Shown: one piece after another, positions 28,161 through 35,472 of the stretch
Position numbering within the stretch: position 1 is the stretch's first letter
Layout of the letters: each line of letters opens with the position of its first letter
Assembly (NCBI GenBank): GCA_016699425.1
Contig: CP064975.1
Location: forward strand, 322,979 to 386,978
DNA from: Candidatus Moraniibacteriota bacterium
Lineage (GTDB): Bacteria > Patescibacteriota > Minisyncoccia > Moranbacterales > UBA1568
Length of the DNA stretch: 64,000 nucleotides
Direction: 5' to 3'
The notes under the pieces: model-generated
Told to the model about the DNA's origin: nothing
Database searches by the model: none
What the model saw: the letters and a program-made list of their open reading frames with translations, nothing else
Translations under genes and position numbers: made by a program

Positions 28161-29069
28161 ATGGCAGCTATGATTGAACCAGTCTCTCCCTCTTCAGAAA
28201 AGAAAAAAGTACTCATCCTCGGAGCCAAGGGGATCCTCGGACAGGCGCTCGTCCAGGAGTTCCGTTTCTCGGGCTATCCGCTCACGGCCTGGGATATTGA
28301 TGAGATTGATCTCACCGCGGAGGCGGCCTCTCTCGCGAAGATCGCTGAGTTTTCTCCGAATATCATCATCAACGCGGCGGCGTACAATGCGGTGGATGCC
28401 TGTGAGGAGCATGACGAGGAGTATCGGAAAGCACTGACGCTGAACCGCGACGTCCCGGGATATCTGGCTCGCTATGCTGCGGAACATGGAGTAGTCTTCG
28501 TTCACTATTCGACGGACTATGTCTTTGATGGGACAGTCGAAGCTGGATACTCCGAGGACGCGATACCGAATCCGATCTCGCGGTATGGTACTTCGAAGTA
28601 TGAAGGGGAGAAGGCAGTCCTCGCGGCGGGCGGTATAGCCTACCTCATCCGTCTCTCCAAACTCTTTGGCGAACCAGCACATTCCGCGACCGCAAAGCGA
28701 AGCTTTTTCGAGGTGATGCTCGCCAAGGGCAAGACTGAACCGCGAGTAGAAGTCGTGGATGATGAGACGAGTTGTTTCACCTATGCGCCGGACCTGGCGC
28801 TCGCGACCCGAGAGCTCATCGAGGACGCGCCCGGCCCGGGCATCTATCACTTGCCAAACGAAGGCGGCGTGACCTGGTTCCAGGCAGCCTTAGAACTCTT
28901 TCGGCGAGCAGGGCTAGAGGTTGAAGTCAGTCCGGTGACAAGTGCTGGGTATGTACGACCAGCTCGCCGGCCCCACGCATCGGTGCTCATCAATACGAAA
29001 CGGCCGAAACAACGTCTATACACCGAGGCTCTGTCTGAGTTCCTCGAGACCATACTCTCGCCTCTTTGA
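28161..29069 (+). CDS. rfbD: dTDP-4-dehydrorhamnose reductase
   Basis: VLILGAKGILGQAL Rossmann motif, YSTDYVFDG. RmlD length. Confidence 0.85.
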   Translation: MAAMIEPVSPSSEKKKVLILGAKGILGQALVQEFRFSGYPLTAWDIDEIDLTAEAASLAKIAEFSPNIIINAAAYNAVDACEEHDEEYRKALTLNRDVPGYLARYAAEHGVVFVHYSTDYVFDGTVEAGYSEDAIPNPISRYGTSKYEGEKAVLAAGGIAYLIRLSKLFGEPAHSATAKRSFFEVMLAKGKTEPRVEVVDDETSCFTYAPDLALATRELIEDAPGPGIYHLPNEGGVTWFQAALELFRRAGLEVEVSPVTSAGYVRPARRPHASVLINTKRPKQRLYTEALSEFLETILSPL

Positions 29070-29087
29070 AGTAATAGGAAAAATTTT

Positions 29088-29150
29088 TCGGAAAAAGAAA
29101 ACCGCCCCGATACGTTCGCGATTGTTGCGCGAAGTATCCCTGAGGGCGGT
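29088..29150 (-). terminator. Strong intrinsic terminator for the minus-strand small-gene unit (possibly bidirectional)
   Basis: ACCGCCC-C-GATAC-G-TTCGCG-ATTGTTG-CGCGAA-GTATC-CCTGA-GGGCGGT. An 18-bp interrupted stem that on the minus strand is followed by UUUCUUUUUCC. Confidence 0.6.
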
Positions 29151-29164
29151 AATGCAGTCGGCAG

Positions 29165-29635
29165 TCAATTGACTGGCAGCTGAAAGAAGTCGATGCCGTA
29201 CGTGTAGATTCGCCCGATGGCCTCAAATGTAGCCGGAGGTCTCAGGACGCGTACCTCACAGTGCGAAAGAGCGCTGTAGCCGAGCCATCCGTGCCTAGGC
29301 TCGATAGCATGTTGCCGGATCACAGACCCGGTTATCTGGTCATTGGCGTTCTGGTCGATGATGATGGCATGCACAACTCTCGGAAGCCTTGGAACGCCAC
29401 TACCCTCACCTTCAATGATGCAAATGATGAGATCATTCGGCTGCGCGGTTCTGAGTACTTCCAAGTTCTGCGCCTGGTAGGTCGGTGTTGATACCACGCC
29501 GCTCTGCTGCCACATCTCAATACCTTTGCTAATACCTTTGCTGATGGCAAGTACTGCGATTGTCATCGCGGCAACGACACTCGCCATGATTAAGACCATC
29601 ATGAACGGATCTTTGTCACTAAAGCGTTTGGTCAT
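29165..29635 (-). CDS. Hypothetical protein, N-terminal single TM + ~110-aa extracytoplasmic domain (cassette 3 of tandem unit)
   Basis: GAGGAG 8 nt before the ATG, preceded by the repeated leader element. No recognisable domain. Confidence 0.5.
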   Translation of the reverse strand: MTKRFSDKDPFMMVLIMASVVAAMTIAVLAISKGISKGIEMWQQSGVVSTPTYQAQNLEVLRTAQPNDLIICIIEGEGSGVPRLPRVVHAIIIDQNANDQITGSVIRQHAIEPRHGWLGYSALSHCEVRVLRPPATFEAIGRIYTYGIDFFQLPVN

Positions 29636-29640
29636 GTTCA

Positions 29641-29720
29641 GAACTCCTCATTGGATGCCGGATCAATCCCTCCGGTATGGGTATTCAGTTGTTTAGGTAC
29701 GATTTCTGGATTTCCAGGCT
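29641..29720 (-). repeat. Leader repeat copy 1 (CUGGA-AA-UCCAG hairpin, ACCUAAACAA, CCGGAGGGAUUGAUCCGG hairpin, GAGGAG)
   Basis: Direct repeat shared with 30000-30095 and 30346-30432. Contains the stop codon of the upstream cistron. Confidence 0.6.
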
Positions 29721-29998
29721 ATCTGCTGTTTCAACCGGTACCACCAAAGCTTTGCCCAGTATCCACAACAGAACGCTATAAACGTACCGAATACCACGAA
29801 ACCAAATCGGAGGGTTGTGTTTGTCGTCTCTGGCGCGAGCTCACCGATGATGTTCCAGATCAGTATCACCACTAAGAACCAAGTGTGATGCAGCTTGGAA
29901 GCACCATGGTATATCGGTCGCACGGTGAGGTGCCCACAGACTCCGGAGAGTACCATGGCAATACCAATGGCGACCGCGGGTTGTTGAAGCAAGTCCAT
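29693..29998 (-). CDS. Small membrane protein, ~3 TM (cassette 2, diverged paralogue of cassette 1)
   Basis: AAGGAG 6 nt before the ATG, preceded by the leader repeat. Shares a weak pattern with the 30076-30345 product (M.L..., CG.L, W-F...LIW, AF..G). Confidence 0.5.
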   Translation of the reverse strand: MDLLQQPAVAIGIAMVLSGVCGHLTVRPIYHGASKLHHTWFLVVILIWNIIGELAPETTNTTLRFGFVVFGTFIAFCCGYWAKLWWYRLKQQIAWKSRNRT

Positions 29999-29999
29999 T

Positions 30000-30095
30000 C
30001 GAATCTCCTTGATCTACCGGATCGATCCCTCCGGAATGGGTTGTTCAGGTGTGACTATGTGGTTTCTGTTTGTCCTCAGGTTTTTCTGAGACCAT
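30000..30095 (-). repeat. Leader repeat copy 2 (CUCAG-AAAAAC-CUGAG hairpin, ACCUGAACAA, CCGGAGGGAUCGAUCCGG hairpin, AAGGAG)
   Basis: Same architecture as copies 1 and 3. Hairpin 1 has a different sequence but preserved pairing. Confidence 0.6.
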
Positions 30096-30345
30096 AAAGG
30101 AACGCTAGTGGCCCACCGATTAATATTACCGGAAGCTCGATATTCACATGGCTGATGGGTGACGATGTGGATACGAGGAGAACTTCCCACATCAGAACTG
30201 CCATCATGGGGAACCACCACCAATTCCCTATCTCCAGAGCGGGTCGCTTTCGCAGATTGTGTTCTTGTTGGACTAGACCGCAAAGCATGATGGTGATGAG
30301 GCCGAGGCTATCCATGAGGGTACAGATAATGATATCTGCAAGCAT
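30076..30345 (-). CDS. Small membrane protein, ~3 TM (cassette 1)
   Basis: AAGGAG 7 nt before the ATG. The C-terminal codons (LRKT-stop) run into leader copy 2. Confidence 0.5.
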   Translation of the reverse strand: MLADIIICTLMDSLGLITIMLCGLVQQEHNLRKRPALEIGNWWWFPMMAVLMWEVLLVSTSSPISHVNIELPVILIGGPLAFLYGLRKT

Positions 30346-30432
30346 TTTGTATCTCCTTGTTTCCCCCGGATCGGTCCCTCCGGTATAGGTGTTGAGTTCA
30401 ATTGTTCAGGTACGATTTCTGGGATTCCCAGA
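30346..30432 (-). repeat. Leader repeat copy 3 (CUGGG-AAU-CCCAG hairpin, ACCUGAACAA, CCGGAGGGACCGAUCCGG hairpin, AAGGAG)
   Basis: First leader of the unit, immediately downstream of its promoter. Confidence 0.6.
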
Positions 30433-30438
30433 ATGTGC

Positions 30439-30467
30439 ATACTACGTTTTATGTATTAATCTGTCAA
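30439..30467 (-). promoter_or_regulatory. Sigma70-like promoter on minus strand: TTGACA-17-TAGTAT
   Basis: Perfect -35 with a 17-nt spacer, driving the three-cassette unit. Divergent from the glyA promoter. Confidence 0.5.
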
Positions 30468-30488
30468 GGGTGGGAAAAGGGCGGATTT

Positions 30489-30517
30489 TTGCTATGATGG
30501 ATGTGCTTTGCTATATT
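30489..30517 (+). promoter_or_regulatory. Sigma70-like promoter TTGCTA-17-TATATT for glyA
   Basis: The -10 element ends about 15 nt before the glyA ATG at 30533. Confidence 0.45.
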
Positions 30518-30532
30518 CCTGACGACAGCGCT

Positions 30533-31774
30533 ATGCGACACGCTATCCTGAAAAAGGCCGATCCAGCAGTCTATAAGGCCGTCATGGGTGAAGAACAGCG
30601 CGAGGAAGACGGGCTCGAGATGATCGCGTCCGAGAATTACGTCTCGCCCGCTGTGCTCGAGGCACTGGGGAGTATCTTCACCAACAAGTACTCCGAAGGC
30701 TACCCGGGGCGGCGCTACTATGGCGGACAGGAATTCACCGATGCGGTGGAGACGCTCGCCATCGATCGGGCCAAGAAACTGTTTGGCGCGGAACATGTGA
30801 ACGTCCAGTCACTTTCTGGGGCGCCGGCCAATATCGCGGTTTACTCAGCACTGCTCGAACCAGGCGATACTATCCTCGGGATGGACCTCTCACATGGCGG
30901 ACACCTCACGCATGGCCACCCAGTGACCTTTATGCCCAAGATCTATCGCTTCGTCCGGTACAAGACAGAGCCGGATGGCCACATCGATTACAAGAAACTT
31001 GAAGCGCTGGCCAAGGAAGAAAAGCCGAAACTCATCCTGGCGGGATTTTCTTCATATACGCGCCAGCTCGACTATGCAAAGTTCCAGGCGATTGCAATAA
31101 AGGTGAACGCGTATTCGATGATGGATATGGCGCATATCGCTGGTCTGGTCGCTGCCAAGGTCGTCCCGAATCCTGTCCCGTATTTCGACGTGGTGACAGC
31201 GACGACGCACAAGACACTGCGGGGGCCACGTGGTGGACTGATCCTGTGTCGGCAGGCACTCGCACAGAAAATCGACAAGGCAGTCTTCCCGGGATTGCAG
31301 GGCGGTCCGCATATGCAGGTGATCGCTGCGAAAGCGGTCGCGTTTGGCGAGGCGCTCCGGCCAGAGTTCCGCCGCTATGGCAAACAGGTCCTGAAGAATG
31401 CCAAGGTTCTCGAGCAGGAGTTGCACAAGCTCGGATTCAAGTTGCTCTTTGGCGGGACGGAAAATCATATGGTGCTCGTCGATACGGTCGCCAGTCACGG
31501 GGTGCCGGGGAAAGTCGCACAAGAGCGACTTGATGAAGCCGGGATCACCGTGAACAAAAATGTCATCCCGGATGATCCACGCGGTCCGATGGATCCGTCG
31601 GGGCTCCGGATCGGCGTCCCAGCGCTCACGACACGCGGGATGAAAGAAAAAGAAGTGCGGCAGATCGCCCGCTGGATCGATGCTGCGCTCCGTTCCGAGG
31701 GCGATGTCAAGGTACTGGGGGGCATCCGAAAAGAGGTGAAACAGCTGTGCAAAGAGTTTCCGGTGTATAAATAA
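30533..31774 (+). CDS. glyA: Serine hydroxymethyltransferase
   Basis: MRHAILKKADPAVYKAV...LEMIASENYVS...PLP site HKTLRGPRGG. Start at ORF residue 49. Confidence 0.9.
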   Translation: MRHAILKKADPAVYKAVMGEEQREEDGLEMIASENYVSPAVLEALGSIFTNKYSEGYPGRRYYGGQEFTDAVETLAIDRAKKLFGAEHVNVQSLSGAPANIAVYSALLEPGDTILGMDLSHGGHLTHGHPVTFMPKIYRFVRYKTEPDGHIDYKKLEALAKEEKPKLILAGFSSYTRQLDYAKFQAIAIKVNAYSMMDMAHIAGLVAAKVVPNPVPYFDVVTATTHKTLRGPRGGLILCRQALAQKIDKAVFPGLQGGPHMQVIAAKAVAFGEALRPEFRRYGKQVLKNAKVLEQELHKLGFKLLFGGTENHMVLVDTVASHGVPGKVAQERLDEAGITVNKNVIPDDPRGPMDPSGLRIGVPALTTRGMKEKEVRQIARWIDAALRSEGDVKVLGGIRKEVKQLCKEFPVYK

Positions 31775-31802
31775 CAAACAACCGACAACAAACAACCGAC
31801 AA
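31775..31802. repeat. Tandem direct repeat (CAAACAACCGACAA)x2 immediately after the glyA stop
   Basis: Read from the sequence. Confidence 0.7.
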
Positions 31803-31824
31803 CGAGTAAATCATTTCTTTATCA

Positions 31825-31856
31825 GTTGTAGGTGGTAGGTTGTAGGTGGTAGGTTG
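31825..31856. repeat. Tandem direct repeat (GTTGTAGGTGGTAG)x2 + GTTG. Partially complementary (10 of 12, some G-U) to the upstream CAAACAACCGACAA repeats
   Basis: Read from the sequence. Together the two repeat blocks could form a long imperfect hairpin between glyA and rfbA. Confidence 0.6.
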
Positions 31857-31860
31857 AATT

Positions 31861-32652
31861 ATGAAAGGCATCATCCTCGCAGGCGGCAACGGCACCCGGC
31901 TCCTGCCCCTGACCGCTATCGCTTCCAAACAACTCCTCCCGGTCTATGATCGGCCGATGATATTCTATCCGCTGAATACGCTCATCGCGGCCGGTATCCG
32001 GGATGTGCTCATCATCGTCTCGCCGGAGCATGCCGGCAATTATCTGAATCTTCTCGGTTCGCTCCTCCGGAAACACGGCGTCAACATCTCTTTCATCGTT
32101 CAGAAAGAACCACGTGGTTTGGCGGAAGCCTTCATCCTCGGGGAGGACTTCATCGACAATGGTCCGTGTACAATGATTCTCGGCGATAATCTCTTCGAGG
32201 GGGATTTTTCCGAGGCGATCCAGAGCTTCGAGCGTGGCGGTCGAATATTCGCAAAGGTTGTGCCTGATCCCGAGCGCTTTGGCGTGGTGGAGTTCGACCC
32301 TGCGACCGGGACAGTTCTTTCAATCGTCGAGAAACCGATCGTCCCGAAGAGTCACTATGCGATCCCCGGACTCTATATCTATGACGCTGAAGTTGTGCGG
32401 ATTGCCAAGGGCCTGAAGCCGTCAGCTCGCGGAGAGATCGAGATTACCGACCTCCATAACTATTATCTGGAACAGGGGACGCTGGATGTTCGAGTCATCG
32501 CTGGTGCCTGGTTTGATGTCGGGACCCATGATTCGCTCCTGGATGCCAGTCTCTATGTCCGAGAGAAGGATTTCCGGGCCCACTTCCACCCGATGATCGA
32601 AGAAGCGCTCGCAGAATACAATCAGGAGTTCAAGCGGCTCGTATCTCTATAG
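31861..32652 (+). CDS. rfbA: Glucose-1-phosphate thymidylyltransferase (short form)
   Basis: MKGIILAGGNGTRLLPLT...sugar-nucleotidyltransferase fold. Confidence 0.8.
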   Translation: MKGIILAGGNGTRLLPLTAIASKQLLPVYDRPMIFYPLNTLIAAGIRDVLIIVSPEHAGNYLNLLGSLLRKHGVNISFIVQKEPRGLAEAFILGEDFIDNGPCTMILGDNLFEGDFSEAIQSFERGGRIFAKVVPDPERFGVVEFDPATGTVLSIVEKPIVPKSHYAIPGLYIYDAEVVRIAKGLKPSARGEIEITDLHNYYLEQGTLDVRVIAGAWFDVGTHDSLLDASLYVREKDFRAHFHPMIEEALAEYNQEFKRLVSL

Positions 32653-32677
32653 TGAATAAAGTAATTCCAATCATCTT

Positions 32678-33568
32678 ATGTCAAACGAATCACCCCAGAA
32701 GATCAGGAAAGCCATCATTGCTGTTGCCGGGACCGGTACGCGGCTGCTACCAGCTACCAAAGCGATGCCCAAGGAAATGCTTCCGATCGTCGATAAACCA
32801 GTGATTCAACTGGTGGTTGAAGAATTAGTGGCGGCCGGTATCGAAGATATAATTTTCGTCACTCGCTGGGATAAGAAGCCTCTTGAAGACCACTTCGACT
32901 ACTCGACAGCACTGGAAGACGATCTCCGAAAAAACGGCAAAGAAGATCGCTACGAGCAGGTCCATGCCATAGCTGAAATGGCCAATTTTATTCATGTGCG
33001 TCAAAAAGGCCCGTACGGTAACGGAACCCCGGTATTGTCAGCCGCCACCTTGGTGGATGATGAGCCTTTCGTCTACTGCTTTGGCGACGACTTGGTGAAG
33101 TCTACGACCTCCTTCACGAAACAGATGGTGGATGCCTATGCCGAGCACGGGCAGCCTATGATTGGGGTGCAAGAAGTGCCCATCGAAGAAGTATCAAAAT
33201 ATGGGATTGTGGATGCGGACCCGGAGACGATGCTGGTGCGGGATATTGTTGAGAAGCCGAAACAAGAAGAAGCACCATCACGCTTGGCTGATTTCGGTCG
33301 TATGATTCTGAATCAGGAGATCGTCGATATCCTTCGAGAAACGGCGCCGGGAAAGGGACACGAACTATGGATTATTGATGCGATTCGGAATTATATCCAT
33401 GGTGGTGGAAGGTTCTACGCCAAGACGATTGCAGATGGTCGGTGGATGACGACCGGTGACCCGTTGAATTATATGACGACGATTCTGACGTATGCAGTCG
33501 AGCGCCCAGATATCGGTGAACAGGTCAAGGTATACATGCAACAATTGCTGGATAATTCGAAAAGATAG
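32678..33568 (+). CDS. galU: UTP--glucose-1-phosphate uridylyltransferase
   Basis: KAIIAVAGTGTRLLPATKAMPKEMLPIVDKPVIQ GalU signature. Confidence 0.85.
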   Translation: MSNESPQKIRKAIIAVAGTGTRLLPATKAMPKEMLPIVDKPVIQLVVEELVAAGIEDIIFVTRWDKKPLEDHFDYSTALEDDLRKNGKEDRYEQVHAIAEMANFIHVRQKGPYGNGTPVLSAATLVDDEPFVYCFGDDLVKSTTSFTKQMVDAYAEHGQPMIGVQEVPIEEVSKYGIVDADPETMLVRDIVEKPKQEEAPSRLADFGRMILNQEIVDILRETAPGKGHELWIIDAIRNYIHGGGRFYAKTIADGRWMTTGDPLNYMTTILTYAVERPDIGEQVKVYMQQLLDNSKR

Positions 33569-33592
33569 CCAATCGGTTGATTTCTACGTGTC

Positions 33593-34312
33593 ATGTACTG
33601 GGCGTACCTCCTCCTCTTCATCGGCATGATTGTGACGCCTGAGCTCACGCGTGATGGCTTTCTGTTTTTCAGTGAGGATGATTTCGAGTCGCTGCTCATC
33701 TTTTGTTTCGGGATGCTGGGACTCCTCCTGTACCTCAGCAAGGAGTCAGCCTTTCTCCGGACGGTCCGGGAGAAGCTTTCGCTGCAGCAGGAGACGAACC
33801 AGATTCGGAAAGATCTCTCGCAGTCCTATTCGTACATTGGAGAGATGAATCGGCGCATCGACATCATGAAGCAAATGGTTGTCTCGCTTCCACAGGACGG
33901 AGTGCCCTTGTCGGAACGGAAGGGACGAGAGCGCTATGACCCGATCATCGAAGCGACCCGGCTCTTGGCCCAATCAGAGTGCGTGGCGCTGTATTTCGTG
34001 GCGGTCAAGGAAGGGGCTATCCTCGAGCGCTATGAGGTCGGGGATGGTGAGCATCGTGAAACCGTCCAATCGATAGACGGGAAACACCTCCTTGGTGCCA
34101 AGAAGTATCTGTGGGAAGAGGGACGGTTGTCCTTTGTCCGTTCACCCGAGGAAGCCGGTGGCGTCGCCGCATTCCTCGTCTTCCACAAAGTGAAGAACCG
34201 GTTGGAAGAAACGGGGATTTTCCAGATACTCGCGGCGCAAGCGGTATTCGTCCATTCTCTGAACGGTGCGACAGCAGGCCATTCAGACCAGCCTGACCAA
34301 TCCGCTCGCTGA
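33593..34312 (+). CDS. Hypothetical membrane-anchored protein (2 N-terminal TM + soluble domain)
   Basis: ORF with a hydrophobic N-terminus and no recognisable motif. Confidence 0.4.
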   Translation: MYWAYLLLFIGMIVTPELTRDGFLFFSEDDFESLLIFCFGMLGLLLYLSKESAFLRTVREKLSLQQETNQIRKDLSQSYSYIGEMNRRIDIMKQMVVSLPQDGVPLSERKGRERYDPIIEATRLLAQSECVALYFVAVKEGAILERYEVGDGEHRETVQSIDGKHLLGAKKYLWEEGRLSFVRSPEEAGGVAAFLVFHKVKNRLEETGIFQILAAQAVFVHSLNGATAGHSDQPDQSAR

Positions 34313-34320
34313 CCATCGAT

Positions 34321-35472
34321 ATGAAGATCGGCATCGATGCGCGTTTCTATGGATCGCTTGGCAAGGGGCTGGGACGGTACACCGAAAAACTCATCACGTA
34401 TCTCGAACAGATCCCCGAGGATACAAATACCTATGTGGTGTTTCTCCGGCGCGAAAACTTTGCGGAGTATCAGCCGGCGAACTCGCGCTTCGAAAAGAGA
34501 GTAGCGGACTATTCTTGGTACGGCTGGCAGGAGCAGTTTCGGTTCCCATGGCTTCTCTGGCGCTTTCACTTCGATCTCATCCACTTCCCGCAGTTCAAGG
34601 TTCCGATTTTTGTCCCGGCGCCGTTCGTGGTCACGCTGCATGACCTGATTCTGCTCCATTATCCGACGGTCAAGGCGAGTGAACTCTCTCCATTTCTCTA
34701 TTGGCTGAAGTACCTCATCTATCGTGTGGTCATCGCGCTCGCGGTAAGGCGGGCGCGAGCGATCATTACCGTCTCGCGTTTCACCCGATCCGATATCGAA
34801 TCCGTCTTCCCGCAGGCTCGGAGCAAGACCTTTACGACACTCGAGGCGGCTGATCCCTACTGCGCGTGGATGCATCCGCACGCTGAGCGAGCATTCCTCC
34901 AGTCGCAAGGACTCGTCTCGCTGTCCGATCCGGCGGCGGGGATCACTCCGTATGTGTTGTACGTAGGCAATGCCTACCCGCACAAGAATCTCCCGCTCTT
35001 GCTCCGAGTCGCTCCGAGATTTCCGGATATGCTCTTCCTTTGCGTCGGCCGAGAGGATTACTTCTATCGCACGTTTCGCGAGCAAGTGGCCGCTGCGGGG
35101 ATAGGGAACATTCGCTTCACGGGCTATGTCGATGATCGCTCGCTCGGAGTGCTGTATCGTCGGGCGAGAGCCTATTTCTTCCCATCGCTCTACGAAGGTT
35201 TCGGATTGCCGGGACTGGAGGCGATGAATGTCGGGACGCCGGTGATCGCCGCGCGGGCGGGGTCATTGCCTGAGATCTACGGTGAAGCGGCCCGCTACTT
35301 CGATCCAACCGATCTGACTGCTTGTGAGACGGCCTTGCGGAACGCACTTCAGTCAGAGGAGCGGGACCAGTACCGGGTGGCGGGGTTTGCTCGGGTGGCC
35401 CAGTTCTCTTGGCAGCGCATGGCGCGAGAGACGCTCCAGCTTTACGGAACCATCCCAACAAGGCGATACTAA
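34321..35472 (+). CDS. GT4-family glycosyltransferase
   Basis: C-terminal GT1/GT4 motif EGFGLPGLEAMNVGTPVIA... Confidence 0.8.
   Translation: MKIGIDARFYGSLGKGLGRYTEKLITYLEQIPEDTNTYVVFLRRENFAEYQPANSRFEKRVADYSWYGWQEQFRFPWLLWRFHFDLIHFPQFKVPIFVPAPFVVTLHDLILLHYPTVKASELSPFLYWLKYLIYRVVIALAVRRARAIITVSRFTRSDIESVFPQARSKTFTTLEAADPYCAWMHPHAERAFLQSQGLVSLSDPAAGITPYVLYVGNAYPHKNLPLLLRVAPRFPDMLFLCVGREDYFYRTFREQVAAAGIGNIRFTGYVDDRSLGVLYRRARAYFFPSLYEGFGLPGLEAMNVGTPVIAARAGSLPEIYGEAARYFDPTDLTACETALRNALQSEERDQYRVAGFARVAQFSWQRMARETLQLYGTIPTRRY

Noticed and set aside
29651-30388. Plus-strand ORFs of 74, 70 and 77 aa within the cassette region
   Set aside because: Their starts fall inside the repeat hairpins and they lack an RBS. 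The minus-strand reading gives three ORFs, each with SD-ATG spacing, and hydrophobic helices.
29636-30432. Could the three ~80-nt repeats be a CRISPR array?
   Set aside because: The repeats are too long and imperfect. The 'spacers' are about 270-310-nt protein-coding cassettes with RBS and ATG. No cas genes are present. This is interpreted as tandem leader-plus-gene duplication.
34030-35085. 351-aa minus-strand ORF antisense to the GT4 glycosyltransferase
   Set aside because: Antisense artefact. The glycosyltransferase has clear family motifs on the plus strand.
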